Below are positions 7,912-16,287 of a stretch of 64,000 bases of DNA, in pieces (position 1 is the stretch's first letter; the number at the start of each line of letters is the position of its first letter). A model generated the notes under the pieces. The model was not told where the DNA came from. It made no database searches and saw only the letters and a program-made list of their open reading frames with translations. This stretch comes from an uncultured Planctomycetia bacterium (GTDB taxonomy: Bacteria; Omnitrophota; Gorgyraeia; 2-02-FULL-51-18). The stretch spans positions 166,376-230,375 of the forward strand of contig CAZSGP010000004.1 of NCBI GenBank assembly GCA_964606485.1, read 5' to 3'. The position numbers and the translations under genes are program-made.

Positions 7912-7988
7912 GGGCAATTAGCTCAGTTGGTTAGAGCGTTTCCTTGACATGGAAAAGGTCAGAGGTTCGAGTCCTCTATTGCCCACCA
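7912..7988 (+). tRNA. tRNA-Val (anticodon GAC), CCA encoded
   Basis: gggcaat acceptor, gctc/gagc D-stem, anticodon stem tttcc/ggaaa with loop uuGACau, T-arm agagg-ttcgagt-cctct, attgccc-a-cca. Confidence 0.88.
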
Positions 7989-8063
7989 TTTTTTCTTAGT
8001 TGACCGTTATCGCTCACTTCTCTCCGCTATCTGAGCTATAATATCAAAGGAGGAGGACTCTCT

Positions 8064-8507
8064 ATGGAAACAACCGAATTACTTCTTTCACGCCATCCGT
8101 TTTTCAAGGGTGTTCACGAATGGTACATAGAGCAGTTGGCTCGTTATGCCAGTTTTGCAGAATATAAAGATCAGGACCATCTCATCCGAGAAGGGGAAGA
8201 GGCGTCCAAGTTCTTCCTTATATTAGAAGGCAAGGTTAAGGTGGGCACGATGGTCGGAAAAAAATTTATACCCATTCAAAATTTTTCAGCGAATGACATT
8301 GTCGGTTGGTCTTGGCTGCTTAACCCCCACGTGTGGAATTTTGATGCGGTCGCCGAGGGTCCCGTTAAAGTGATCGTGCTTGACGGAAAATATCTGCGCG
8401 CGAAGTGCGAAGAAGATCCAGTTCTAGGTTATGAATTGTTGAAACGGCTGACTCAGCATGTTGTGGATCGGTTAAAAGCGCTGCGCTTGAAGGTCATCGG
8501 CGGCTGA
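8064..8507 (+). CDS. cyclic nucleotide-binding domain protein (no DNA-binding domain)
   Basis: 147 aa; cNMP-binding beta-barrel signature (FLILEGKVKV ... lid helix); RBS aaggaggag upstream. Confidence 0.65.
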   Translation: METTELLLSRHPFFKGVHEWYIEQLARYASFAEYKDQDHLIREGEEASKFFLILEGKVKVGTMVGKKFIPIQNFSANDIVGWSWLLNPHVWNFDAVAEGPVKVIVLDGKYLRAKCEEDPVLGYELLKRLTQHVVDRLKALRLKVIGG

Positions 8508-8512
8508 GAAGT

Positions 8513-8737
8513 ATGGGCGTGTTGCCGGTGCCGTTCGTCGAAAAAATTGCCAAGTCCCTTCAAGACGAAGAAGTGGATGTCTATTTACTGTCTCTTTATT
8601 CACTCAATAGCAAGGACCTTGAATTTTTCTCTCCGAAGGACCGCCAGAGAATCAAAAAAATTTTTAATGTGCTTCTCAAAGACACAAAACGCCATGCCGA
8701 GATTTTAAAACTGATCATTAATTTGGGAACCCGCTAG
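8513..8737 (+). CDS. small helical protein (74 aa), first of a coupled pair
   Basis: Helix-pair with acidic residues and a KDTKRH motif; its stop TAG overlaps the GTG start of the next ORF (taGTG). Confidence 0.4.
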   Translation: MGVLPVPFVEKIAKSLQDEEVDVYLLSLYSLNSKDLEFFSPKDRQRIKKIFNVLLKDTKRHAEILKLIINLGTR

Positions 8738-8961
8738 TGGAGCGCCGATTTTATAAAGAACTTTGGCAAATCCGCTTCCAAAAAATGTTAAAACTCGAGG
8801 AAGATAGCGTAAAGGCCTACGAAAAACTCTCGAAAGAAGCGCAAAAAATAACTGGGTCGGAAGCGGTTCGTCCGCATTTGGAGCGACTCATTGCAGATGA
8901 GAAACGCCACTCTCTTTTAGTGAACGAACTCCTCAAAATTTTAAACAAGCAGCCAGCTTAA
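8737..8961 (+). CDS. small helical protein (74 aa), second of a coupled pair; ferritin-like ExxH motif
   Basis: EEDSVKAYEKL...ADEKRHSLL resembles a half ferritin/rubrerythrin-like four-helix bundle. Confidence 0.4.
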   Translation: MERRFYKELWQIRFQKMLKLEEDSVKAYEKLSKEAQKITGSEAVRPHLERLIADEKRHSLLVNELLKILNKQPA

Positions 8962-9035
8962 ATTATGCATCTAGGGCCCGACTCCCATTTCAGGATGGGT
9001 ATGGTAGAATGGCGACCTAAAATTTAGGATTTAGA

Positions 9036-10787
9036 ATGTCCAAAATAGCCGAACAATACACAGATCTCGATAAGCTCCGCCACTCCTGCTCGCATGTGCT
9101 AGCACAGGCGGTGAAGCGTCTTCATCCGACGGCCAAGCTTGGCTTTGGGCCTCCGGTAGAAGACGGCTTCTATTATGATATCGAATTGCCGCAGGCGCTG
9201 ACCGAGGCGGACTTGCGCGCGCTCGAAGATGAAATGGCAAACATTGTCAAAGCGAATTACACCTTCGAAAAGAAAATGGTGTCCGCTGACGAGGCTCATA
9301 AAATTTTTTCCGCGAAAAACGAGACGTTTAAAGTCGAAACTGTCGAACAATTAAAGTCTCTTGGTGAAGACATGTCGATTGTGGTCGATGGGGATTTCAC
9401 CGATTTGTGCAAGTACCCACACGCGCACTCGACGGGGCTCATCAAAGCGTTTAAGCTCACCTCCATTGCCGGCGCTTATTGGAAGGGGATTGAAACGAAT
9501 CCCGTCATGCAGCGCATTTACGGAACGGCGTTCTTTTCGAAAAAAGAACTCGATGATTATTTCAAGATGCTCGAGGAAGCCAAAAAACGCGATCACCGCA
9601 AACTCGGCAAGGAACTCAATCTGTTTATGTTTACGCCGCTTGCGCCAGCCTCTCCGATTTTTAAACCCAAAGGGACAATTATTTACAATCTCTTGCAGGA
9701 CTACATTCGAGAAATCTACCGGCGCGAAGGTTATGATGAGGTGATCACGCCGCAAGTTTTTGATGTGGAGCTTTGGAAAAAGTCGGGGCATTACGACAAA
9801 TACAAAGACAATATGTATTTTACGAAGATTGAAAAAACAGAGTGTGCGGTCAAGCCCATGAATTGCCCAAGCCACACGCTGATTTATTCCTCCGAGCTGC
9901 GTTCCTATCGTGACCTTCCGATTCGAATCGCAGATTTTGGACGTCTCCACCGCTATGAGCGCTCTGGTGTGATTGCAGGCTTGACGCGTGTTCGTACATT
10001 TTCGCAGGATGACGCGCATATTTTTTGCCGCGAAGACCAGATTGGTCCGGAAATTGCGGGCGTTTGCCGGATGATCCGCGAAGTTTACGCGACATTTGGG
10101 TTTCCGCAGTGCAAAGTATTTTTATCCACCCGCCCGGAACGAAAGGTGGGGTCCGATGAAGTTTGGGACAAGGCCGAGAAGGCTTTGGAAGAAGCGGTGA
10201 AGGCCAATGGTCTCGAATTTACCGTGAATGCGGGAGATGGCGCCTTTTATGGACCCAAAATTGACTTTGTCGTGAAGGACGTGCTGATGCGGGACTGGCA
10301 ACTGGGCACGATTCAGCTTGATTTCAACATGCCGGAGCGTTTTGAACTAGAATATCGCAACCCCGAAGGCGGCGTTTCACGTCCCGTGATGATTCACCGC
10401 GCGGTACTTGGGTCGCTTGAGCGCTTTTTAGGCATCCTGATCGAGCATTATGGGGGTGCTTTTCCGCTCTGGATTTCTCCGGCACAAGTTAGTATAATCC
10501 CCGTTACCCAGGCCCATGAGGCTTATGCCGAAAGTGTGCTTTTGTCTCTCAAGGCCAAAGGCTTTAGAGCCGAGATCCAGGGTCCGTCCGAAACATTGGG
10601 GGCGAGAATTCGTCTGGCGCAGACGGAGAAAATCCCTTATATGGTTGTCGTCGGAGACAGGGAAATCGAAGCCAAAAAATTAGCTGTGCGCTCCCGATCC
10701 AAAGGGGATCAGGGAGTGCTTTCGCTCTTGGAATTTGAAGAGCGCTTGACTAACGAAGTGAGAAACAAAGGAGCCGTTCATCTCTAA
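9036..10787 (+). CDS. thrS: threonine--tRNA ligase (lacks N-terminal TGS/N1 domain)
   Basis: 583 aa; starts at the editing-domain HSCSHVLAQA motif; class II motifs and the FRAE...anticodon-binding domain are present. Confidence 0.9.
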   Translation: MSKIAEQYTDLDKLRHSCSHVLAQAVKRLHPTAKLGFGPPVEDGFYYDIELPQALTEADLRALEDEMANIVKANYTFEKKMVSADEAHKIFSAKNETFKVETVEQLKSLGEDMSIVVDGDFTDLCKYPHAHSTGLIKAFKLTSIAGAYWKGIETNPVMQRIYGTAFFSKKELDDYFKMLEEAKKRDHRKLGKELNLFMFTPLAPASPIFKPKGTIIYNLLQDYIREIYRREGYDEVITPQVFDVELWKKSGHYDKYKDNMYFTKIEKTECAVKPMNCPSHTLIYSSELRSYRDLPIRIADFGRLHRYERSGVIAGLTRVRTFSQDDAHIFCREDQIGPEIAGVCRMIREVYATFGFPQCKVFLSTRPERKVGSDEVWDKAEKALEEAVKANGLEFTVNAGDGAFYGPKIDFVVKDVLMRDWQLGTIQLDFNMPERFELEYRNPEGGVSRPVMIHRAVLGSLERFLGILIEHYGGAFPLWISPAQVSIIPVTQAHEAYAESVLLSLKAKGFRAEIQGPSETLGARIRLAQTEKIPYMVVVGDREIEAKKLAVRSRSKGDQGVLSLLEFEERLTNEVRNKGAVHL

Positions 10788-10809
10788 AAGTAAAACTCGG
10801 ATCAATGAA

Positions 10810-11289
10810 ATGATCCGGACACCGCAAGTTCGTCTGATTGATCAAGATGGAAATCAAGCCGGCGTGGTTACGATTCAACAAGCGCTGAAAATGTCCAAAG
10901 ATGCGGAACTAGATCTCGTGGAAGTGGCTCCCCTGGCGGTACCTCCAGTTTGCCGAATCATTGATTTCAGCAAATTCAAGTACGACCAGGAAAAGAAAGA
11001 AAAAGAAGCGCGCAAGAAGCAAAAAGTCATTCATTTAAAGGAAGTGAAGTTTCATCCTTTTATCGATGACAATGATTACGGAGTGAAGCTCCGCGCCATC
11101 GAAAAATTTTTGAAGCAAGGCGACAAGGCTAAGGTCACGATGTTTTTCCGGGGACGGGAAATGAATTACGTGGAAACCGGACGCAAACTTTTCGCGCGTC
11201 TGTCGCAGGACGTGGCAGCACTCGGCGAAGTCGAGAAAATGCCGTATATGGAAGGCAAGATGATGACGATGATCGTCATGCCCAAGTAA
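10810..11289 (+). CDS. infC: translation initiation factor IF-3
   Basis: IRTPQVRLIDQDGNQAGVV N-domain, C-domain KEVKF...VTMFFRGRE; canonical thrS-infC-rpmI-rplT order; the true start may be a non-ATG codon just upstream. Confidence 0.85.
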   Translation: MIRTPQVRLIDQDGNQAGVVTIQQALKMSKDAELDLVEVAPLAVPPVCRIIDFSKFKYDQEKKEKEARKKQKVIHLKEVKFHPFIDDNDYGVKLRAIEKFLKQGDKAKVTMFFRGREMNYVETGRKLFARLSQDVAALGEVEKMPYMEGKMMTMIVMPK

Positions 11290-11317
11290 AGAAAGAAAAC
11301 AAAGAACAGAGGATGAT

Positions 11318-11524
11318 ATGAGCAAGGGTGGAAAATTAAAGACCAATAAATCGGTCGCCAAAAGAATCCGGAAAACGAAATCCGGGAAATTCAAAAAAAT
11401 GAGAGCCGGTAAGCGCCATCTTTTGAATTTGAAAAGCGCCAAACGGAAGAGCCAGCTGCGCAAAGGCGATTTGGTTTTCAAAGGAATGGAAAAAACGATG
11501 AGGAGACTTTTGCCGTATGCCTAA
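11318..11524 (+). CDS. rpmI: 50S ribosomal protein L35
   Basis: 68 aa, highly basic MSKGGKLKTNKSVAKRIRKT... Confidence 0.9.
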   Translation: MSKGGKLKTNKSVAKRIRKTKSGKFKKMRAGKRHLLNLKSAKRKSQLRKGDLVFKGMEKTMRRLLPYA

Positions 11525-11867
11525 AGCTAACACGGTTCCAGCCGGCCGCAGACGCCGGAAGAAATTTTTAAAACGCGCCAAAGGGTTTTTTGGCGGACGC
11601 CGCAAGCTTTACCGCTCGGCCCGCGAAACCGTTCAGCGCGCGATGGCATTTGCCACACGTGACCGCAGAGATTCGAAATCCGTGATCCGCAAATTGTGGA
11701 TCACCCGTATTTCCGCGGGTGCTGTGGACAACGGCATCACCTACAGCCGTTTGATTGGTGGCTTAAAGCGCGCCAAGATCGTCATTGATCGTAAGATCCT
11801 GGCGGATTTAGCCCACACCGAGAAAAAAGTATTCACCGAGCTTGCGTCCATCGCAAAGCAGGCGTGA
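11517..11867 (+). CDS. rplT: 50S ribosomal protein L20
   Basis: MPKANTVPAGRRRRKKFLKRAKGFFG... typical bL20; overlaps rpmI by 8 nt. Confidence 0.9.
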   Translation: MPKANTVPAGRRRRKKFLKRAKGFFGGRRKLYRSARETVQRAMAFATRDRRDSKSVIRKLWITRISAGAVDNGITYSRLIGGLKRAKIVIDRKILADLAHTEKKVFTELASIAKQA

Positions 11868-12847
11868 ATTTCGTAGAAGAACTCCAAAATCTTGAAGCCC
11901 AGGCCCGGAATGAAGTCGACGCCCTTACAGATGCGAAAGCACTGGAAGAGTTAAAGAATAAATTCCTGGGCCGTAAGGGCGCTTTCGCTCTTCTCACCCC
12001 CCGCATTGCTCAAGTTCCACCCGAACAAAAAGCCGAAGCCGGCCAAGCCTTAAACCGCGTGAAGCAGGCGCTCGAAGCGCTGTTTCAGGAAAAATCAAAA
12101 TCTTTTTCGACTGCAAGCCAAGGGTCTGACGCGTCATTTGATTCGACAATGCCCGGAACGTTTTACTCAGCCGGACATTTGCACCCGCTCACACAGGTGA
12201 TGATGGACGTAACGACTATTTTTAAGCGGCTTGGGTTCTCGGTGGTGGATGGGCCAGAGGCCGAAACCGAATATTATAATTTTGAAGCGCTGAATATTCC
12301 GCTCGATCACCCCGCGCGCGACGGATTCGACACCTTTTATTTATCGAGCGGCAAATTACTCAGAAGTCAGACTTCACCGGTGCAAATCCGCGTGATGGAA
12401 AAAACGAAACCACCACTTGCCATTGTCGCTCCTGGAAAAGTATACCGGCCCGACGCGGTTGACGCGACGCACTCGTTCATGTTTCATCAAATTGAAGGTT
12501 TAATGGTCGACGAAGGCATTCAATTTTCTCATTTAAAAGGGGTGCTACTTTCATTTGCTAAACAATTTTTTGGGCCCGAAGCTAAGCTGCAATTTCGTCC
12601 GCATTTTTTCCCATTCACCGAGCCAAGTGCGGAGATTGACGTTTGGCATCCGACCAAAGGCTGGCTTGAAATTTTAGGAGCAGGAATGGTGCATCCGCGT
12701 GTTTTGAAAGCAGGGAAAATAGATCCAAAAAAATATTCCGGATTCGCATTTGGGATGGGTGTTGAGCGCATGGCCATGCTGAAGTACGGTGTGCAAGACA
12801 TTCGGCAATTTTTCGAAAACGATATTCGATTTTTAAATCAGTTTTAG
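11864..12847 (+). CDS. pheS: phenylalanine--tRNA ligase alpha subunit
   Basis: 327 aa; class II core motifs (FRPHFFPFTEPSAE, GAGMVHP, GFAFGMGVERMAM); overlaps rplT by 4 nt. Confidence 0.9.
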   Translation: MNFVEELQNLEAQARNEVDALTDAKALEELKNKFLGRKGAFALLTPRIAQVPPEQKAEAGQALNRVKQALEALFQEKSKSFSTASQGSDASFDSTMPGTFYSAGHLHPLTQVMMDVTTIFKRLGFSVVDGPEAETEYYNFEALNIPLDHPARDGFDTFYLSSGKLLRSQTSPVQIRVMEKTKPPLAIVAPGKVYRPDAVDATHSFMFHQIEGLMVDEGIQFSHLKGVLLSFAKQFFGPEAKLQFRPHFFPFTEPSAEIDVWHPTKGWLEILGAGMVHPRVLKAGKIDPKKYSGFAFGMGVERMAMLKYGVQDIRQFFENDIRFLNQF

Positions 12848-12861
12848 CGGAAACTAAGTGT

Positions 12862-12950
12862 CGCGGGTGACGGCGGTGGGCGCCCAGATCCGCGCGCAGG
12901 CTGCTGAAAGACGGCGAGCACGGGCTGTGGGCAACCGCCGGCAGGACCTG
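12862..12950. repeat. ~90-nt GC-rich hairpin element, copy 2 (copy 1 at 3938-4026)
   Basis: Shares a 40-nt identical run plus gagcacgggctg-gggcaaccgccggcaggacc with copy 1; lies between pheS and pheT. Confidence 0.55.
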
Positions 12951-12974
12951 CGATGATAGGATGTTAAAGGAAAA

Positions 12975-14936
12975 ATGAAGTTACCGATTCTCTGGTTAAA
13001 AGACTATATTCAGCTTTCCCAATCGCCTGAAAAATTGGCGGAGTCCCTTACGCTTTCCGGGAATAAGGTCGAAGCACTCGCCAAAAAAGACGGTGAAGAC
13101 GTGATTGAAATTGAAGTCACGACGAATCGTCCGGATACGCTCAGCATTTTAGGATTAGCGCGTGAGGTTTCGGCGATTACGGGTAAATCCGTCACCGCGC
13201 CAAAAATTTCTAAAGAACCCACATCCGGTTTAACCGATAAAAAATCGGTCTCGATTACGATTCAAGATTCCAAGGCCTGTCCGCTTTACACCGCGCGGCT
13301 TATTCGCAATGTTTTGATTCAAACCTCACCCGTCGACATTCAAAAAAAATTATCACTCGTTGATTTACGTCCCATTAACAGTGCGGTCGACGTGACGAAT
13401 TTTGTGCTCTTTGAAATGGGCCAGCCCTTACATGCATTTGATTTTGATAAAATTGTAGGCGGAAAAATCATTGTTCGTTTTGCGAAATTGGGTGAAAAAT
13501 TTTTAGCGCTCGACGGCGTCGAATACACACTTGATGAAAAAACGCTCGTGATCGCCGACGCTGAAAAGCCCATCGCAATGGCCGGTGTGATCGGCGGAAA
13601 ACTCACGGAAGTCACGAGCCTTACCAAGAATATTCTTTTAGAGTCGGCGCTGTTTGACCCGGCTCTCGTGCGCCGCGCGTCTAAGCGCACCAAAATTTCG
13701 ACAGACTCGAGCTACCGTTTTGAAAGAGGCGTGGATCGCGAGGCCGTGTCACGCGCGAGTCGCCGCGCGATGGATCTCATTCTAAAACTAGCGGGTGGAA
13801 CCGAAACGAGCGGACTGCTCGTCAAAGAATCTAAAAATAGTAACAAGCCTGCGCCCATCCAATTCTCAACCGAATGGCTCAAAAATTTCTTAGGACTTGA
13901 AGTCAAAGAAGCGCGTGCCTCCCAAATTTTAAAATCACTCGGGTTTGGGGTTCAATCGGCTAAAAAAGGCACGCTGAAAGTACTAGCTCCTTCATGGAGA
14001 CGCGATTGTCAGATCCCGGAAGATTTGGCTGAGGAAATATTGCGCATTGAAGGCTTCGACAAAGTGCCTGTAAAGATAGCGCCGATGCGTCACGCCATCG
14101 AACCCTTTATTGACCGCAAAGCCGAGCAGATTTTCGAACTCAAAAAATATTTGGCGTCACTAGGCCTTTCCGAAATTGTGACTTACAGTCTTTTATCGGA
14201 GAAAATGATCAAAGAAAGTGGTGTTGAAAATTCGACGCCTCAAAAAATTAAAAATGCACTGAGCGCTGACATTGAATATTTTCGTCCTCATCTGAAGGTT
14301 GGAGCACTCAATGCCGTGGCGTTTAATCTAAATCGCAAAGCAAGCTCACTTAAATTATTTGAAGTGGGCCGCGTTATTTTTCAAGGCGCTGAAAAAATTT
14401 CACTGGGCATTACACTCTGTGGAAATTTCGAGGAAAACTGGCGCCGCCGGTATGAGGCGGGATTTTTTGAGTTAAAAGGCATCTTAAAAAATGTCGAACA
14501 TCACCTCGGCGCTGCCATACCCGTCTCTCCGGAAGCCCTGAGTGCAGGTGTGCGTCTAGCGTGGGGGATTGAAAAGCCTGTTTATTATGCGGAGATTTTT
14601 CTGGATGAGATTCTGGGCGCGCCTCAAGAAGTGCGACGGCTTAAACCCATTGCCAAATACCCTTCGGTCAAGCGGGACATCGCGTTTTTAATCGATCGGA
14701 AAATTGAGGCGCTTGAGATTGAAAAGATCATTCTTGAAAATGGTGGAAGCGTTTTAAAAGGTGCTCAGCTCTTTGATGAGTACGCCGGGAAAAATATTCC
14801 CTCAGGAAAGCGGAGTCTCGCATTTTCATTGGAATACCAAAAAGAGAGCGGTACTTTTACGGATGATGAGATTCAAGCACTCCAACAAAAAGTGGGCGAG
14901 GCTTTGAAAACAAAATTTGGAGTGGAATTTCGTTGA
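12975..14936 (+). CDS. pheT: phenylalanine--tRNA ligase beta subunit (compact form, 653 aa)
   Basis: N-terminal tRNA-binding MKLPILWLKDYI...TTNRPDTLSILGLAREV; B3/4, B5 and C-terminal FDEY domains recognisable. Confidence 0.88.
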   Translation: MKLPILWLKDYIQLSQSPEKLAESLTLSGNKVEALAKKDGEDVIEIEVTTNRPDTLSILGLAREVSAITGKSVTAPKISKEPTSGLTDKKSVSITIQDSKACPLYTARLIRNVLIQTSPVDIQKKLSLVDLRPINSAVDVTNFVLFEMGQPLHAFDFDKIVGGKIIVRFAKLGEKFLALDGVEYTLDEKTLVIADAEKPIAMAGVIGGKLTEVTSLTKNILLESALFDPALVRRASKRTKISTDSSYRFERGVDREAVSRASRRAMDLILKLAGGTETSGLLVKESKNSNKPAPIQFSTEWLKNFLGLEVKEARASQILKSLGFGVQSAKKGTLKVLAPSWRRDCQIPEDLAEEILRIEGFDKVPVKIAPMRHAIEPFIDRKAEQIFELKKYLASLGLSEIVTYSLLSEKMIKESGVENSTPQKIKNALSADIEYFRPHLKVGALNAVAFNLNRKASSLKLFEVGRVIFQGAEKISLGITLCGNFEENWRRRYEAGFFELKGILKNVEHHLGAAIPVSPEALSAGVRLAWGIEKPVYYAEIFLDEILGAPQEVRRLKPIAKYPSVKRDIAFLIDRKIEALEIEKIILENGGSVLKGAQLFDEYAGKNIPSGKRSLAFSLEYQKESGTFTDDEIQALQQKVGEALKTKFGVEFR

Positions 14937-15214
14937 GCCTAGACAAGTGGATTCAGATCGTGGCCCTCGTTGCGGGGATCGCTTTACCGCTTTTTAATAT
15001 TCCGCTGATTATGCGGATCATTCAGCGCAAAACATCGAATGATTTCAGTTTATCTTGGGCTATCGGTGTGTGGGTGTGCATCGTTCTCATGACGCCACAG
15101 GCGATACGGTCGCAGGATTTATCTTTCAAGGTCTATGGCTATGTGAATATTATTTTCTTTACTGCGGTTGTGTTTTTTATCTTAAAATACCGATCAAGGA
15201 GCAAAAGTTCATGA
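14933..15214 (+). CDS. small integral membrane protein (about 3 TM helices; weak PQ-loop-like TPQAIRS motif)
   Basis: 93 aa, hydrophobic; TTG start overlapping the pheT stop (cgTTGAgc). Confidence 0.45.
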   Translation: MSLDKWIQIVALVAGIALPLFNIPLIMRIIQRKTSNDFSLSWAIGVWVCIVLMTPQAIRSQDLSFKVYGYVNIIFFTAVVFFILKYRSRSKSS

Positions 15215-16053
15215 AAAAATATCTCGCACTTTTTTTAGGCGGCCTCTGTTTAGTTTTATCGACGGGTGTTTTGCGAGCGGAAGAAGAAAATGTTGCAGCG
15301 CTTTCCGAGCGTGATCAAAATTTACTTCAAATCTGGAAAGACCACGCCAAGATGCTGACCCGCGAGCGAGACGAAGCGTTGAAGCAAATAGAAGCGCTAA
15401 AAGCTGCGGGTTCTGCAAATGCCGCACAAAGCCAAATGCCTTCGGCTGAGCAAACGCAGATCATGGATGATTTAAAAACTCAAATAGCCAGTCTGCAATC
15501 GGAGAACGCGCATCTGGAAGAAGCCCAACAAGCACTTCAGTCCAAATTAGATGCTATCCAAAACGCGCCCGCTCCGGTCAGTGAGCCTGTAGCGTCAAAC
15601 GGGGAGTTGGAGAATCTTAAAATTGAGCTGGAAGCTTCCCAAAAATCAATTGAGGCTCTAAAAGAAAAAAATGAGGACATTCGCAGAGCTGGTGAAGCGG
15701 TCCTTCAAGACCGTGACAAAGCCTTGACGAGAATAGCAGAACTAGAGAATCAAACAAAACCAGATTCAATCTCAGAAGAGCTAAAAATCCAAATTGCGAA
15801 ATTAGAGGCTGAAAAGTCGCATCTTCAAGAATCACTCAACACGGCTCAAAAAAGCATAGATTCTTTAAAGGCCAAGAACCAAGAACTGCAAAGTGGCGCC
15901 GCCGTACAGAATGTGGGTAATGAAGAAATTCAAAAACTGCGATCCGACATTGAGGTGTGGCAGAAGAAATACCAAATTTTGGAAGATAACTCGCTTTTGC
16001 AACAATCTCGCATCAAAGATCTGACAAAAAAGATCGGCACCGCAAAAAAATAG
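15211..16053 (+). CDS. secreted coiled-coil protein with internal heptad-rich repeats
   Basis: Signal peptide MKKYLALFLGGLCLVLSTGVLRA; the remainder is E/K/Q/L-rich with a repeated I..L.AEKSHLQESL / IEALKEKNEDI pattern; RBS aaggag 8 nt upstream; the track ORF from 15055 is an artefactual extension. Confidence 0.6.
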   Translation: MKKYLALFLGGLCLVLSTGVLRAEEENVAALSERDQNLLQIWKDHAKMLTRERDEALKQIEALKAAGSANAAQSQMPSAEQTQIMDDLKTQIASLQSENAHLEEAQQALQSKLDAIQNAPAPVSEPVASNGELENLKIELEASQKSIEALKEKNEDIRRAGEAVLQDRDKALTRIAELENQTKPDSISEELKIQIAKLEAEKSHLQESLNTAQKSIDSLKAKNQELQSGAAVQNVGNEEIQKLRSDIEVWQKKYQILEDNSLLQQSRIKDLTKKIGTAKK

Positions 16054-16057
16054 CGTT

Positions 16058-16087
16058 TTGACGAACGCCACGAGCGGGGACTATAAT
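16058..16087 (+). promoter_or_regulatory. near-consensus sigma70 promoter (TTGACG - 18 bp - TATAAT)
   Basis: ttgacg at 16058-16063 and tataat at 16082-16087, immediately after the upstream stop codon. Confidence 0.5.
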
Positions 16088-16094
16088 GAAAGTA

Positions 16095-16287
16095 CCCTGC
16101 GGTGCGCGTGGATCACGGGCGACTATTTTCGGATCCAATACATATCAACTTGGGGGCTAACGTTTAAAGCCTGTGTGCGGCCTGCTCTTCGGAGTAGGAT
16201 TCTAGCCTAATGGCTCTGACAGGTCCCCACCCTTATTCATAGGGTTCAGAAAAATCGCTACGGCACGGCACAGGCGGGGCTTTTTAA
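16095..16287 (+). ncRNA. candidate small structured RNA or long structured 5' leader of rarA
   Basis: ~190-nt GC-rich non-coding stretch downstream of a strong promoter; contains a UUCG-capped hairpin (ctgctc-ttcg-gagtag) and imperfectly complementary ends (ccctgcggtgcgcgtgg / ccacggcacaggcgggg); no match by eye to tmRNA, RNase P or tRNA. Confidence 0.25.

Noticed and set aside
15055-15210. Upstream extension of the coiled-coil protein ORF (track start 15055)
   Set aside because: It overlaps the preceding membrane-protein gene in another frame. A strong RBS plus signal peptide at ATG 15211 marks the real start.
16095-16287. tmRNA, RNase P RNA or SRP RNA identity for the structured region upstream of rarA
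   Set aside because: Length and motifs do not fit. There is no tag-peptide frame and T-arm end (tmRNA), no GGAAAGUCCGGGCUCC P4 region (RNase P), and only a loose resemblance to the SRP GGUCC motif. It is kept only as an unclassified candidate RNA.
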